Assembly (NCBI GenBank): GCA_973851085.1
Contig: OZ316775.1
Location: forward strand, 16,244,001-16,308,000
Direction of reading: 5' to 3'
Source: Ptychomitrium polyphyllum
Lineage: Eukaryota
Length of the DNA: 64,000 bases
A program made the position numbers and the translations under genes. Shown piece after piece: positions 1 to 12,599 of the stretch (its first letter is position 1; each line of letters begins with the position of its first letter). The notes beneath the pieces were generated by a model. The model had not been told where the DNA came from, did not search any database, and worked only from the letters and a program-made list of their open reading frames with translations.

Positions 1-776
1 TACAAAGAAGTCGTGTTCTGGTTGTAACCCCATGCATCGGTGTTCCATGTATAGATCTGCATAACATAGCGGCATATACACATTAATACGCTAATCAAGG
101 AAACAACCAAGCAGACACGTGTGCTGGTGAAATAACTAGAACACGGGACATCTACAAGTAAATGTTATAGAAGAGAAGGGGTTCACCCGCTTGCCAGTGC
201 GCTCTACAGGTCCGCCAACTTCACCAGTGCCATAAAATGATGTCCCAGTAGGGAGCTGCATAGAACATACCCTGCAATTGAGAATATATGATGAAGAGTA
301 TCTGTCTTACAAATCAGGACCGCCTGATGAAAGGAAAATTTACACAATGATTGTAGAGGTGCACAAGTCAGAATTATCTAAAAAGTAACGTTTGTGTTGG
401 AGGAACTTTGATGACGGTACACAAAAACGCAACGTGAAATCCAAAAAGAACAATCCAAAAACTTACCGCAAGGGTGACAATTTGGTTTACGCCATCAGCC
501 TCGAATACAGGGATGGACTCAGGTTTATTATTGTCCACGTCGATCCCTTCCTCGCGAAGCCTTGGATTCACAAACGACACAGAAGGCGCGGCTTCCTTCC
601 TAGCATTCTCTGACCCGTCAAAGCGGAAGACCGACTTCTCAACAATTGATATCTGCACTGGCATTGTCATTCTTCCGCACGGAGCGTCCCCCGCATCAGT
701 GGACACAGCCCTGGTCAGAAGCAGGGGCAAACTAGCGCGTCTCGAATTGTGAAATTTTCTCCCGTAGCTCTCACAT
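1..776 (-). CDS. HGL1: GH31 alpha-glucosidase, heteroglycan glucosidase 1-like; 5' exons only, gene continues past the left edge. Exons 776-467, 255-187, 56-<1
   Basis: Spliced translation ...MTMPVQISIVEKSVFRFDGSENARKEAAPSVSF...QIVTLA|LPTGTSFYGTGEVGGPVERTGKR|IYTWNTDAWGYNQNTTSLY matches the recalled plant HGL1 N-terminal motifs (GVFRFD, GTSFYGTGEVSG.LERTGKR.FTWNTDAWGY). Junctions are GT-AG and in phase. The start is uncertain: ATG at 670 or an upstream exon near 1616-1961. Confidence 0.88.
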
Positions 777-3700
777 CTGTTCATCAAAAGAGAACCAGAT
801 AAGTCAACGTCACCAGGTCACAAGAATCCCAGTTTCGTCTTCGACAAAGGAAATAAATAAGTTCAAAATATTTGAAGCCAGGACAAACATGATTACATCA
901 CTCGACTAACTAGTCGTCGGATACTTTTCATATAAGGTCCTATAAACTTCAGGCACTTCCAACTGTTCAGCGGCAACTCCCTATGACGATTCTTTGCTGT
1001 TTCTCTCTTCCAAGAAACAGAATAGACCTACAATCAACTTCTTAGCTTTTTGTCTGACTCGACTCTTAACTCGTAGAGTAAATCAAGTCCAAATCAGTCT
1101 ACAAAGAACTGTGCGCCAGAACGTAATCTCCAACAACCTGGTATTAGACACTTACATAAAGTCCGCCAATAGAAATAAGGAGCAAAGTACACACAAGACT
1201 GAAAACTGGATCTAAAACATCAGACAATAATTAAGCACGAGTGCGTAGCAACAACTGGACGAATTGCGTACCCACCATTTCTAGAGGCGAAAGAGAACAC
1301 ACACTACCAGCATTCAACAAAAATGGGCTAAGGTGTTAAGTAATTCGACACTGAACACTGGATCAAATATGGCACAGTAATTGCATCAAAAAAATTCATT
1401 ATCTGACTTCAAATTAGCTCCACACCAAAATCGACACTGTGAGTGCATCAAATGAATTCATTATTTGACTTCAAATCCTCAGTCCTCTAATACTCTCTCC
1501 GCGCACAGCAAATTTCACAAGAAAAACCGCGATCAAAGTCCACAAAAGAACACAATGATTCATTCGCCACATTACGACAGCCACACCAGCCAGCAAAGGC
1601 AAGCGCTTTACGCACCTGGATCGCGTCGGTTCGAGGTCACGTAATAAGCAGCCTCGCTGCTTCCAATTGCAGCAGCTCCGATTCGTCTCTGCAAGAATCC
1701 AAACCAAGCAACACCAACGACCGAAGTAGGCCGGGTAACACTAGAACTGCAAGCGAGAGAAGAAAGGCGATAGAGAAGCTCCCGGATCCAGCAGGAGCTC
1801 AAGAGAGGAAGAGAGTGAGAGGAGAGAGGAGAGCGCTTCAGAGAAGCCGAAGCGGTGAGAAAAGAGGAGGTTGCAAATGGCAGACGCGAGGGGTTTAAAT
1901 GCAAAGCATCGGCGGAGTTCGGGGGAAGATGCAGGCGAGAAAGCAAAATGTGCAGATGCATGGCTCGCGCACTCAGTGCACTGCTACTCCCACCTCCCTC
2001 TGTAGCAATCAGCGGCTGCTCGCAAGCCTGACTTCCCAGAAAACACTCGAGATGCTCTGAATCAAAGCAGGATGTTCCGGGTAGCTCACCATCTCCCCTT
2101 GCCCTTGCTCTCCTGGTGGCCCCAAAGGCTTCACCACTTCGAGCTCAAGCGAGTTCTGAGCTGCAGGTTGCTCTGCGAATCTCACAACCAACCGAGCGCT
2201 TGATCGCTTCACACGGGCTTAGGACGCACGGTACTAATCAGGGGGCACGAAACCTCGAGATCAAATGTAATACCGTGTGGTAAGACCTAGTGGGGCCCAA
2301 CACCGGAAAACAGGTGACGATGGTCGAATCCTCGGCTTCCGGTGAAGGGCCGCCAACCTTGCGACCTTCCTTTAGAGTCGGTGTCCAGTCCCCTACAGGG
2401 TAGCGGAGGGTTTCGGTAACCGCGGATGTACTACGCTTGATAGCTGGTACCTTCCTGGATTGAGGAATCATGTGCTTAAATGTGCAACGCTTTTTTTCGA
2501 CTGTGATGTTTTTTGCTTCTGATTTGAGGCAGTTTCAAATCTTTTTACCTTTTAATGGCGCTGGAGCATGCACTTCATTCCTTTGGGAAGTTCGGAGGTT
2601 GGCTGGCAGGTAGGAGAATGGGTGGTTTGTTGAGAAGATGCGCCTCTTGGATGTGATCTGGATGATTGTCGCTCCCTGTGCTGGACATCCACAGATGAAC
2701 AGAAAGATTTTCCGTTCCCCTGTCCCCTACCTCAACATCTCCAAGTAACTTGTGAAATGGGTCCGAGTAAAATAATTTCCTTTAGAGTCTCTTCAATTGG
2801 TGCTTTTCATTATTTTCGGAATGAAATCGTCCACTTGATTCTCAGCAAGAGTAAATGATCAAACTAGGAGTGTTCATCATAAAGGTAACACTCAAGCATT
2901 TATGACTAATGCCATATGTGTATAGATATATGGTAATGTAGGAATAAACACTTAATTCACACCAGCCTCTTAAAATGGATCACAATTCTTTTTCTCTTTA
3001 TCTTCAAGGATGGAGTTTAATAATGAATACTTCAAGGGTGAGTAAATGCTCCATAGTGTAAACTAATCCCCCTATACTGTGGCTACTAGGCACTTTCTTC
3101 CCCATTTATGGATCAGTTAAACTACCTTAACATTGAAAATTCACCTTCATTCGAGAACCTCTTCTTGCTAGAATCTCGTCTTGCACGCATCCACCGGGTG
3201 CCAGGAATTTACAGTGCCCACTATCCCAAATTCCAAACAGAATTGTAGAACTGTGCCTAGATATCCGTGAGCATTGGTTGGGCAGCTTCCAACCAATCTA
3301 CGCAAGTCCCAGCGGATGGGAACGAATAGGAACTTTTGTTCTGGAAGTGGAAAACCGTCGAGGGTAACTTATGTGATCCTTTTCCTTCACTCGAAATCTT
3401 TTCAATGGCTGCTCGTACCTCCTAATGAGATAGGAACAAAGCGACAGAACAATAAACCCTGGTAGGGGATCAGAAGAAAGCATTTGGCATTTTTGAGCAC
3501 CCAGTTCCCTGCTGAGGCTTCATTGGAGGTATGATGTCCGATTCGGCCTGATCAACATCTCCTCTGACAGTTCATCCTGATCTGCAAGTCAACAAGCTAC
3601 ATTATGACTATCATCAAATTTGCCACTACATGTAAGTTAGCTTGGTTGCAATCTAAACTGTCACACGCACCTTTCAGGCATGGAGGCTGCATTTCCACTC

Positions 3701-4461
3701 ACATGTTGCACTGAAACCATTGAATTCTTTTACGCATCCATTGCACAGATTACACACAGAATCCTCTTCTGTAACCTAAAATGTATTTTAAAGAATGCTT
3801 TTGAAGCTGTAATAGGTGCTCAGGGCCAACCTCTCTCCTTGAATTGAAGTGATGGATGAAAGAAACACTTAAGAAGTACCATACCATCATATGATATTAT
3901 GACTCTGAGCTCTTTTGTAAAAATAGGTAGCAAGATAAGCTTAAATGCAATGTATGCATGCTCCTTTAAATACTAACCTTGCATCATGAACAACCACCTT
4001 TACAAATCAAAATCTTGACCAAAAAAAACCTCAGTTTTCTACCAAGTTATGTGGATTGCTTGCTTCAAGTAGGGAAGATAAGCTCATTTCATAACAAGAT
4101 CTGCAGAACTTTTGGTTTTATGTACTTTTGTATGATTGCCTTGAATTGTGTTCTCCTTGATCAAGGAGAACAAATGCACTTCTCACGCAAAGCCCTTTCA
4201 TCTCCATGTGAAAACCCATAACTGGCCATGTAAAGCACAATAAGATAAAGCTAATATATAACTTTGAATCAATTTGCACAAAGAAGAAAACACGAAAAAA
4301 ACACAAAATACAAAATGCAGCACACAAAATAGATAAAAAATTGCACTCATATTTTTTGGTTTTGTACATTTGGTTTCTTGGATAGAGATATGTACTTAGG
4401 AACAGATCCTATGTGCAGTACTAGAAATTCATCCTATGTAAGCAAACAAAGGTAAGCAGGC

Positions 4462-4848
4462 CCATATCACCATATCACCATATCACCATATCACCATATC
4501 ACCATATCACCATATCACCATATCACCATATCACCATATCACCATATCACCATATCACCATATCACCATATCACCATATCACCATATCACCATATCACCA
4601 TATCACCATATCACCATATCACCATATCACCATATCACCATATCACCATATCACCATATCACCATATCACCATATCACCATATCACCATATCACCATATC
4701 ACCATATCACCATATCACCATATCACCATATCACCATATCACCATATCACCATATCACCATATCACCATATCACCATATCACCATATCACCATATCACCA
4801 TATCACCATATCACCATATCACCATATCACCATATCACCATATCACCA
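4462..4848. repeat. Perfect 8-bp tandem repeat (CCATATCA)n, about 48 copies
   Basis: Directly visible uninterrupted array with no spacers. Confidence 0.98.
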
Positions 4849-6529
4849 AACCAAGGACTGTGCCAATATACAGATTCTCCAGAAATATTCTTATACCACT
4901 AGTTCTTGGGTTCATTCTCCAGTGACCTAAATAATCATGCACAATCATCCAAATCTCTAACATTAAGTAGCAAATGTGTGTTGTACATGGTTCTATCAAC
5001 AACAATAATGTATGAATTTATCTTCTTCATTATCAGCATTCGCTTTATGAGTCCATTTGTACCCAATTTCAACCCCATTACCACCACTCTCACTGGTACC
5101 CCATCCTAGTGTACTTCTGGTGGGAAGAAGGAGCGGACCTTCATATCTTAACTCGCAGTGATTTTAAAAAGAAAAACCAGATAAGACTGCAGGGTGACGT
5201 GATTGGTATTTATCCGCAATCATGACACGATAGCATGATGATGACGACAAGCTGAGGATGGGATAACTGTGACTAGACCCCCGGCCCTTGGGACTATGGG
5301 CGTCTCCAGCTGCAGCAGACTTCACCTTCCCCGCTTCCCCCAATTCATCAGCATCCCTAACCTTAATTTTCACCTTGAAAAGCCAATCACGTACTTTCGC
5401 ATGATTTCATTCATTCAAAAGGTATCTCCTCATGTTCTCAAACCACTTTCATCCACTTCTTCATCCACTTCTTCATCCACTCATTTAGAATCTGTAAAAA
5501 ATTTAATTGTAATTTGTAACTTTACGTTACAGATTTTACCTTTTTACAAATGGAATCTTCACAAACATTCTACTTACGTGGAGTTTATGACTAAGTAATT
5601 ACAAACGTGCGCGTTGAGTTGAATTCAAGAATGCCGTTTGTCTTTTAATTTTCCAACATGAGAAAGTAGCACCAACACGCCCTTCAAAATGTCATGCCCA
5701 CTGTAACTGCAATAACTTTTTGAAACTATAGAAGAGATTTTGGCGAAAAGTTGGAGTTTTAATAATGATCAAGCTGGATTCCAGGTCTAGAACTCTAGTA
5801 GTCTTGCTCAGAAAAACTTATCCCCTTCGTCGATAATGGTGTGGCGGCGTTGGTGTTGGATCTGATCGATGGCTTGATTCCACTTGGCTGCATATTCGCA
5901 GAGTCGCTCTTTTTGCAGTTTCAGTACGAGTCCGACGAGGTTTAGGATTTGACTAGGTCACATCGTACAGGGGGTTAGGGTTTGGTAACCAAGGGTTGTG
6001 TAGTTGTACGGTCATCTGGTGCTTTTGGGTTTGGTTGTTGAACACGAAGAGAAGGTTGACGGATTCGCAAGGTTTTCGTTCTCGAGTCTTCGGGTGAAGT
6101 CTACATATGGTTTCGTGGGCTGTTGAGTGGCTTGGTAGCCCGGCGTCTCACGTTCGCACATCCCAGACTAGGTGTTCTTTGGTGACATCCGTGTTTCACT
6201 ATTTAGTTACGCACGGTTAACATGTTTCTAATGCCGTTGTGGAGGTGGCGTGCATTTTTGGCGAGCGAATGGACGTCACACTTATTATTCGGCACACTCC
6301 TTATTCGAGAGCTCAGTTCTGCCTAGCTCTGCCATGTTACATGTATAGCTGCTGAATCTCTTGCTGCCATGAAGACGTAGAGTGACCTGTATCTGATATT
6401 TGATTTTGTCTACATGGCAGTGTAGGTTTTCTTTTCTTTTGTGTTGTTAGGCACTTACCAAATATCTGGCACTCGAGCGTAATGGACATTACGTGAAAGT
6501 CACGCTTAACAGTGACGCTCTCTGATATT

Positions 6530-7730
6530 CAGCTCCAATCTCAAGTGGCTTCATCAAGTTACGATTATGCTGTAACAAAAGGCCACTCTATCGCGAAACC
6601 GGGAGGAATACTTAAAATCATGCATAGAAACAGATACCTGAGATGTGTGATTCTAAAGATAATGGAGTTCTACAACTTCACGTACATGAAGCGTTGGAAC
6701 GATACATCCGAACGAACCATCAAATTGTTGGATTGAGCGTCACGATTCAATTCGCCGTTGTAAATATGTTCGGAGGTCTTAAGCAGCGGTCTGCTAAGTT
6801 TTCACTGAAACATTTACTCAGAAACATCCGACACCTAAGAGATTCTTTGCACATACCGAGGGCAGCATCAGCGTGGATTCGCTACAGGAACGACATCTGA
6901 TAAACCGCACTGTAGCAGTGTAGTGTATGCACTGTGTAGGTTGTCTGGCCCGCAAAATATAGTTCGAGGCGACGAATCATTCTGAACCGGTTAAGGTACT
7001 TTATCCTATAGTCTCTTGGAATTTAGCTCATGACGAGTACTCCAAAGCCTCAAAATTGCCAAAGTCGCAACTGTTCAACTCTCTACAAGTGCATATGTCA
7101 AACTGCATCAATTGGCTTCGGACTCTGTACATGTTGTGGATAAGTTAGACATGCACTTTTGCAGAGAGAAGCTAGAACCTTAGTTTATCATATGATAAGA
7201 TCGCAGTTGTGTATGATATCTCGGCAACTCGTAGTGCACCAGTGAAGTAGTCGATAGGGTTAAGGGCAGCTGAATGATTTTTCACTGTACTTGACAACGG
7301 TATTGGTCTTGGGATTATAATCTCGCCATTAACTTTGGCTACGCTGTGGATAACATTCCAGAGGCGAGGAATTTAGTTGAGCCACTAGGTCACCTCTCAG
7401 TATCTCATTCCTGGGTAAGAACACCTTCTGGATAATCGGCTGGATTGCTCTATTTCTATGCGCAGTTTACTTCCAAAGAGTTACACTTCCTGAGTAGAGT
7501 AATTACTACAGTGCACATTTTGAGTTGAAGAAATCAGCAATCAATTTCTCTGGGTTGCGCAGGTTCCAATGTCCTTCTACACCTATCTTCCAGTAAACCA
7601 TATCCATGTTGTGTGGTTGATTGTAGACCAGGGTGCAGAAATTACAATGGTCAACTGGAGTAACAATACCGCAGCTTACAGACTGATAGAGAAACGGTCA
7701 ATCCGAAGTCACCGAAAGGGATCCAAGTAT
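6530..7730 (+). pseudogene. Probable degenerate spliced ankyrin-repeat gene
   Basis: After the acceptor at ~7562 the sequence reads GSNVLLHLSS/(frameshift)NHIHVVWLIVDQGAEITMVNWSNNTA, close to the ankyrin consensus G.T.LH.A...H..VV.LL...GA.....N....T. Further ankyrin-like fragments (SKDNGVLQLH ~6652; ND..TAL. ~6888, with stops) lie between GT/AG sites. Confidence 0.4.
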
Positions 7731-9598
7731 ATATGAAATGTGTCAATATTGAATGCGTCCCTAAGGCAAACTGAATTCAACCATCAGGCACTGGTTTGAA
7801 CATTGCTTGTTCAATGGTAAGACTCCACACTAGATTCTCAACTGCGAGACCATGATTTGGACTTATGAATAGCAATATGTGGAAACGTCCATTACAGAAA
7901 GTTCCGAAATGAAATAGAAAGTCACAACAGACAATTTCGTATGCTCGTCAAAATAATCCGGCAATTGTTCGAAATTCCTAAATTTCATCATCAATTTTCA
8001 GCGTTTCACATGATGTCACTTCTTTGAGCTCCTTGGGGGCTCCTGGTTCAACAATCTTCTGAATTTATCACATTATTATAATAAATCGGAACATATCAGC
8101 GATATCACTGCATCACATGACCTTGCTCTCTCTCAGCAAACACCTGAAAGATTCGCTTTTAATTATGGACGTGCTCAACATGTTGAGTTAGTCAATAAAA
8201 GGGTCTATCACCGCCATTCAGCTTCGTTCGGCCTGGACAACAATCTGGGTGGAGGGAAAGCAAACTGAAGCCAGGCCCGATGGCCCATGTCAAATTCCCT
8301 TCAAGAAAGTAGGTTGAAATTTGAACATGTAAGTTTCTTCAAATGACACAGCAAGCAGCGTTACGATGAGAAATGGGCAGTTAAGTTTTTAGAGGACCCT
8401 ACTTGACTGTCAGCTATGGAACTATGGCCTTGGAAGTTTCAACAATGTTCCAATTATGCTCCGGAAAGAAACTCCATCATACACGTATAATTGGGTCAAC
8501 CTTTACGCAAAACTCTGCAAGCTTCGAACCTTGCCACCTGCGAAAACCAAAACGAGAGAAAAGAAGCGCACAAGTTTGATACTTGCTCTTAGCTCAATAC
8601 TTAATATGCACAGTAAAGAATCAGGACCTACATACTTACAAAGAAACGAATTGTACGTGCTATGTGAAGCTCAGCGAAATTGAAAATTGGCCATGTTCAC
8701 ATCGAAGTCGTCGAGCTCTTGTGACAAGGATAACAAACAAGCAATTGACAGTTTGTGAAGGTTCCATAATCAGGTCAATCTTGAGTCAAGAGACTAATAC
8801 AACTGCAAATTTTTGTAGCGTTAACTACGAATCACATAGGAAATATCTCATTAAATATGTTGCTTATCTCAGGAAATTCCGACATAGTATCATCCGAATC
8901 CGAATCTCTATCTTCGCGATAATTTCTGGATTCCACATACAAATGCAGATTATAACCGACACACGAATTGAGATAGGCAACACCTTGACGATATACATAC
9001 CGCACATGTTGATCCGTATCAAATATCAATCAGGAATGTAAAAGTCCACATAAATCTATGCATAGCGAGAAGGCCCAGGACACTTGAATATCACCTGTAA
9101 TCACCTTCAAACCCTCCATTGAAGTCTAAGCCTCTGAAACACACTCCGTTGTTTCGTATACTCTGCAATTAAGACATCATTACAAATGTGGCTTAACCCT
9201 AATTCACAGTCTTATCCACAATCACACTACAATGAACCCCAATCGATTATGATCAACCACAATGGAGGCTCAGTTATCAAATTGAACATTCAAGCAAAAC
9301 CTGCGATACAACGAGCTCTCCTCCGGCCACTGTGATCCTTCTCTAAGCATTCTAGAAAGAAAAAAAGTGACAATGTAGCATCGACGAGTAATTTTCTAAC
9401 AAAACCTAAAAACAATACTTTCTAAATCCCAATATATGCTCCAGTCCCACGAAAGGGATGTCAGTCAATCCATCACCCCTAACAGACACGAAAAAAAGAA
9501 TGAATAGATTCTAATCAACAATGACGCCTTCAACGAGCTCATCATCGCGGGGATTCAGCTACTACCTACCCTAACATTATCACTCCTGGCTGACAATT

Positions 9599-10165
9599 CT
9601 ACTTGATGCTGCACTTCGCTCCAGCAGCTTCCAAGGCTTTCATCGCCTCCTCGGCATCCTCCTTGCTGATGCCCTCCTTCACCTTCTTTGGCAACCCCTC
9701 AATCATGTCCTTCGCCTCCTTCAGCCCCAACGCGGTCAACGCCCGCACGCACTTGATCACAGCAATCCTCCCCGACGCCGGCACATCTTCCAACACCACG
9801 TCAAATTCCGTCTTCTCCTCCACGGCAGGCGCAGCCTCCGCGGGCGCCCCGGCCGGGGCGCCCGCCGCGGGCGCAAACGCCGCAGCCGATACCCCGAGGC
9901 GCTCCTGCAGCTTGTCCGTGAACACCCTGCACTCCTCCAACGTCAGCTGCTCCACCTGCGCCACCAAATTGTCCAGCTTCTCCATGTCCGCCACAGCCGC
10001 CCGCACTACAACCAACCTCCTCCGCGCCTGCACCACGGCCACCTTCCCACCGGCCCCGAAATGCACCCTAGCTGCGCCATGAAACTCCCCTGTTCTGGCC
10101 ACGGTGCTCGCGGCCCCGAGGCTGGAAGCGACCATGGACGCCTGCGCCATCGCTGCTGCTGCCAT
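9599..10165 (-). CDS. RPL12: Plastid 50S ribosomal protein bL12 (L7/L12), intronless, 188 aa with transit peptide
   Basis: C-terminal domain [69 protein letters not shown], an Ala/Pro hinge and an Ala/Ser/Arg-rich transit peptide starting MAAAAMAQ (ATG at 10165). Confidence 0.96.
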   Translation of the reverse strand: MAAAAMAQASMVASSLGAASTVARTGEFHGAARVHFGAGGKVAVVQARRRLVVVRAAVADMEKLDNLVAQVEQLTLEECRVFTDKLQERLGVSAAAFAPAAGAPAGAPAEAAPAVEEKTEFDVVLEDVPASGRIAVIKCVRALTALGLKEAKDMIEGLPKKVKEGISKEDAEEAMKALEAAGAKCSIK

Positions 10166-10532
10166 TGCGATCGAGACGAGCCGAACTGGAGGTGCGACGA
10201 TGCGACAGAAACTCCGTGCCTGCAGTAGTGAGCTCCGAGCGATTGTGTGTGCTCTTGGCGGAGATTGGAATCCTGGGATCGAGGGCTGCCCAACGACGAC
10301 GCCCCTCCGTCCGCGCTGCGCATTATCCACTCCCTGTGGTTTGATAAGGGAATCTGCACGGGATGCCCACCCAACGACCCCTCGCTACGCCCAAAACCAG
10401 CTTCAGATGCACATTTCACGATCGGAAGTCTACCAAGCTATAGATATTTGTCAGGGTTTCAAATACAGTTCATTACCTGCACATTCTTTGCGCAATTTGC
10501 AGATTCATTTGTGAAACATACGCATGTGTTGG

Positions 10533-10623
10533 TAGATGATATAGGGTTTGAATACAGCAACGGTTTTGGGCATTGCTAAGGTTTCGGATACTGCGACGGT
10601 TTTGGAATCAGAGACGGTTTTGG
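10533..10623. promoter_or_regulatory. RPL12 upstream element: telo-box-like TAGGGTTT plus three ACGGTTTTGG copies; the first 41 bp recur upstream of mL46
   Basis: ACGGTTTTGG at 10560, 10596 and 10614; 10533-10573 matches 37515-37555 at 36/41 positions. Confidence 0.55.
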
Positions 10624-12435
10624 GGTACACATGCCTCATCTGACAAAGGTTCAGGTGAACTTATGCATGCACTGGTGCCTTGATGAAATGAACACTTGTA
10701 GATGACCAGGTATGTTGGTTTGCAACCCATGGACAAAGTTTTACCAAGCAATACATGTTGCATGTAATGACAAATAGACCTTGCCAAGCACCAATAGAAT
10801 TTCGTCATTAACCATCCTACCAACTTTCTTCAAGAGCTAAAGTTTAAAATCTTTTCATTCATTCAAAATTAAAAAGTGTTTACTATTGGATTCATTTCAA
10901 TGGATGATTAAATAAATACCACATTTATTTTTGGTAGTTAAAGATGGCCATTGAATTAAAAACTAAAGTTTTAGACCTCTTTATGAGCAAAAATGTAGAA
11001 CATATGACCTATTATTTTAGTGGAAGATCAAGATGATACTTTGTTCTATTGCATTATTATTTATGTATTTCTATAGTCTAAATTGCATGTTTCTTTTTGA
11101 TCAAGTTGAGTTTTGTAGTCAAGAAGATGTGCCAGATATCAACATGTACTTTATATTCACCAACTCTTGTGTGTTGTAACCCAAGAATCAACAGAGTATG
11201 TATCTATTTTACATAAATTTCAAATTTGTAATCCTGAATTGAAGGCAACAGGTTCAAAATTCTAGTAAATTTGGGAAAGTATCTTTGAATCATATGCAAT
11301 ACATATCACCACGCACACGATTAGAGAAAATTAATGGAAATAAACCATTTCATACTGACTTGCCATTATATAGTAGAAAGTATTGCTGCTCATGAAGCAA
11401 TACATATTTCTCCTCGTTGTATATGTCATACTAGAATCTGCTCATGAAGAACATTTCATGTAGTTTTGGTTATTTGCATTACTGCCTCATTGTACTTCCT
11501 TTTGACTATTCATGTTAGGGTTGAACTGTATATCAATGCTTAATCTGATTCATTAAAATTTCAGGGGAGAGCACAGGTGAAACTGAGCAGTTTGTTCGTC
11601 ACCGTTGGAGTGAGAAGCGGCACCTTCTTGGATTGAGGAGAAAGGTCATTAATTTGGACCTGGTGACACAGATTTGGAAGCAATGCAGGGAACCAAGCTG
11701 GGAAAGTCTTCAAGGCCTTGCATGCCTTGCCTCAGATGCCGTGACGAGCAAGTTAACAACCATAACATTACCAAATTTCATGTCAGTGTCAAGAGTCCCC
11801 TCTTCCACTTCTTTGTCATTAGAGCCACCTCACGTTTGCAAAAAAACAAGTTTGCGTTGTAAGTAGGTAGAATTTAAAAGCATCCAGGTATCCAAGTCCA
11901 GCCACCAGCCCTACCCTTCAAGAGTGACACATGATAACCACAGAACTTGCTACAAAGAATTCACACCGTAATTACTGCAACTGTAGGATAGAGAACTACA
12001 TTGATCTCTAAAGCTCACAGGGTGCCTCTGTAATGGATGATTCGAGAAAGACCATTATAAAATAATATGTGGAGATTTACTTTGGAGCTCATGCGCAAAT
12101 TAAAATTGTAGATTTTTTAATCTTAGCTTCTTTCCATATGATATGTATATTAACATGAATTTGAGAAAGTGACATAGAAGGTAAATAAATAAATTTAATA
12201 ATGTTTGTAAATTAAATGCAAATGCGCAAAATTATTAGTTATTCAAAGTAGTCACCACAATGAATAATGCTAATATCTACCACTAGCAAATGCTTAATTT
12301 TCTATATTTTATGCAACTATAGGTAATTAATTGTAAATATGGACTTCATTTAATGCAAATGAAAATTATAAATTTCCAATGATAGTCAATTACCAGAATG
12401 CTATGTATTATTAAATAAATCTTATGTACTGTATA

Positions 12436-12438
<3 letters not shown>

Positions 12439-12473
<35 letters not shown>
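12439..12473. repeat. (AT)17 microsatellite
   Basis: Directly visible. Confidence 0.95.
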
Positions 12474-12479
<6 letters not shown>

Positions 12480-12599
12480 AGATGCATCTTATAATATATA
12501 GTTCTTCATGGTATAGTTTTATAGATGCATTTTATGTTTTTAAATAATATAAGATATAAGACTATAAGGTTCATTTTAATATTTCTAGAAGAAAGCACA

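Noticed and set aside
4462..4848. CRISPR array or telomere
   Set aside because: The 8-bp units have no spacers, the motif is not TTTAGGG, there are no cas genes and the context is eukaryotic.
9603..10579. Long overlapping ORFs around RPL12 (159, 137, 136 and 110 aa) and the 55-aa N-terminal extension from ATG 10330
   Set aside because: These are by-products of GC-rich codon usage. The transit peptide starts convincingly at ATG 10165.
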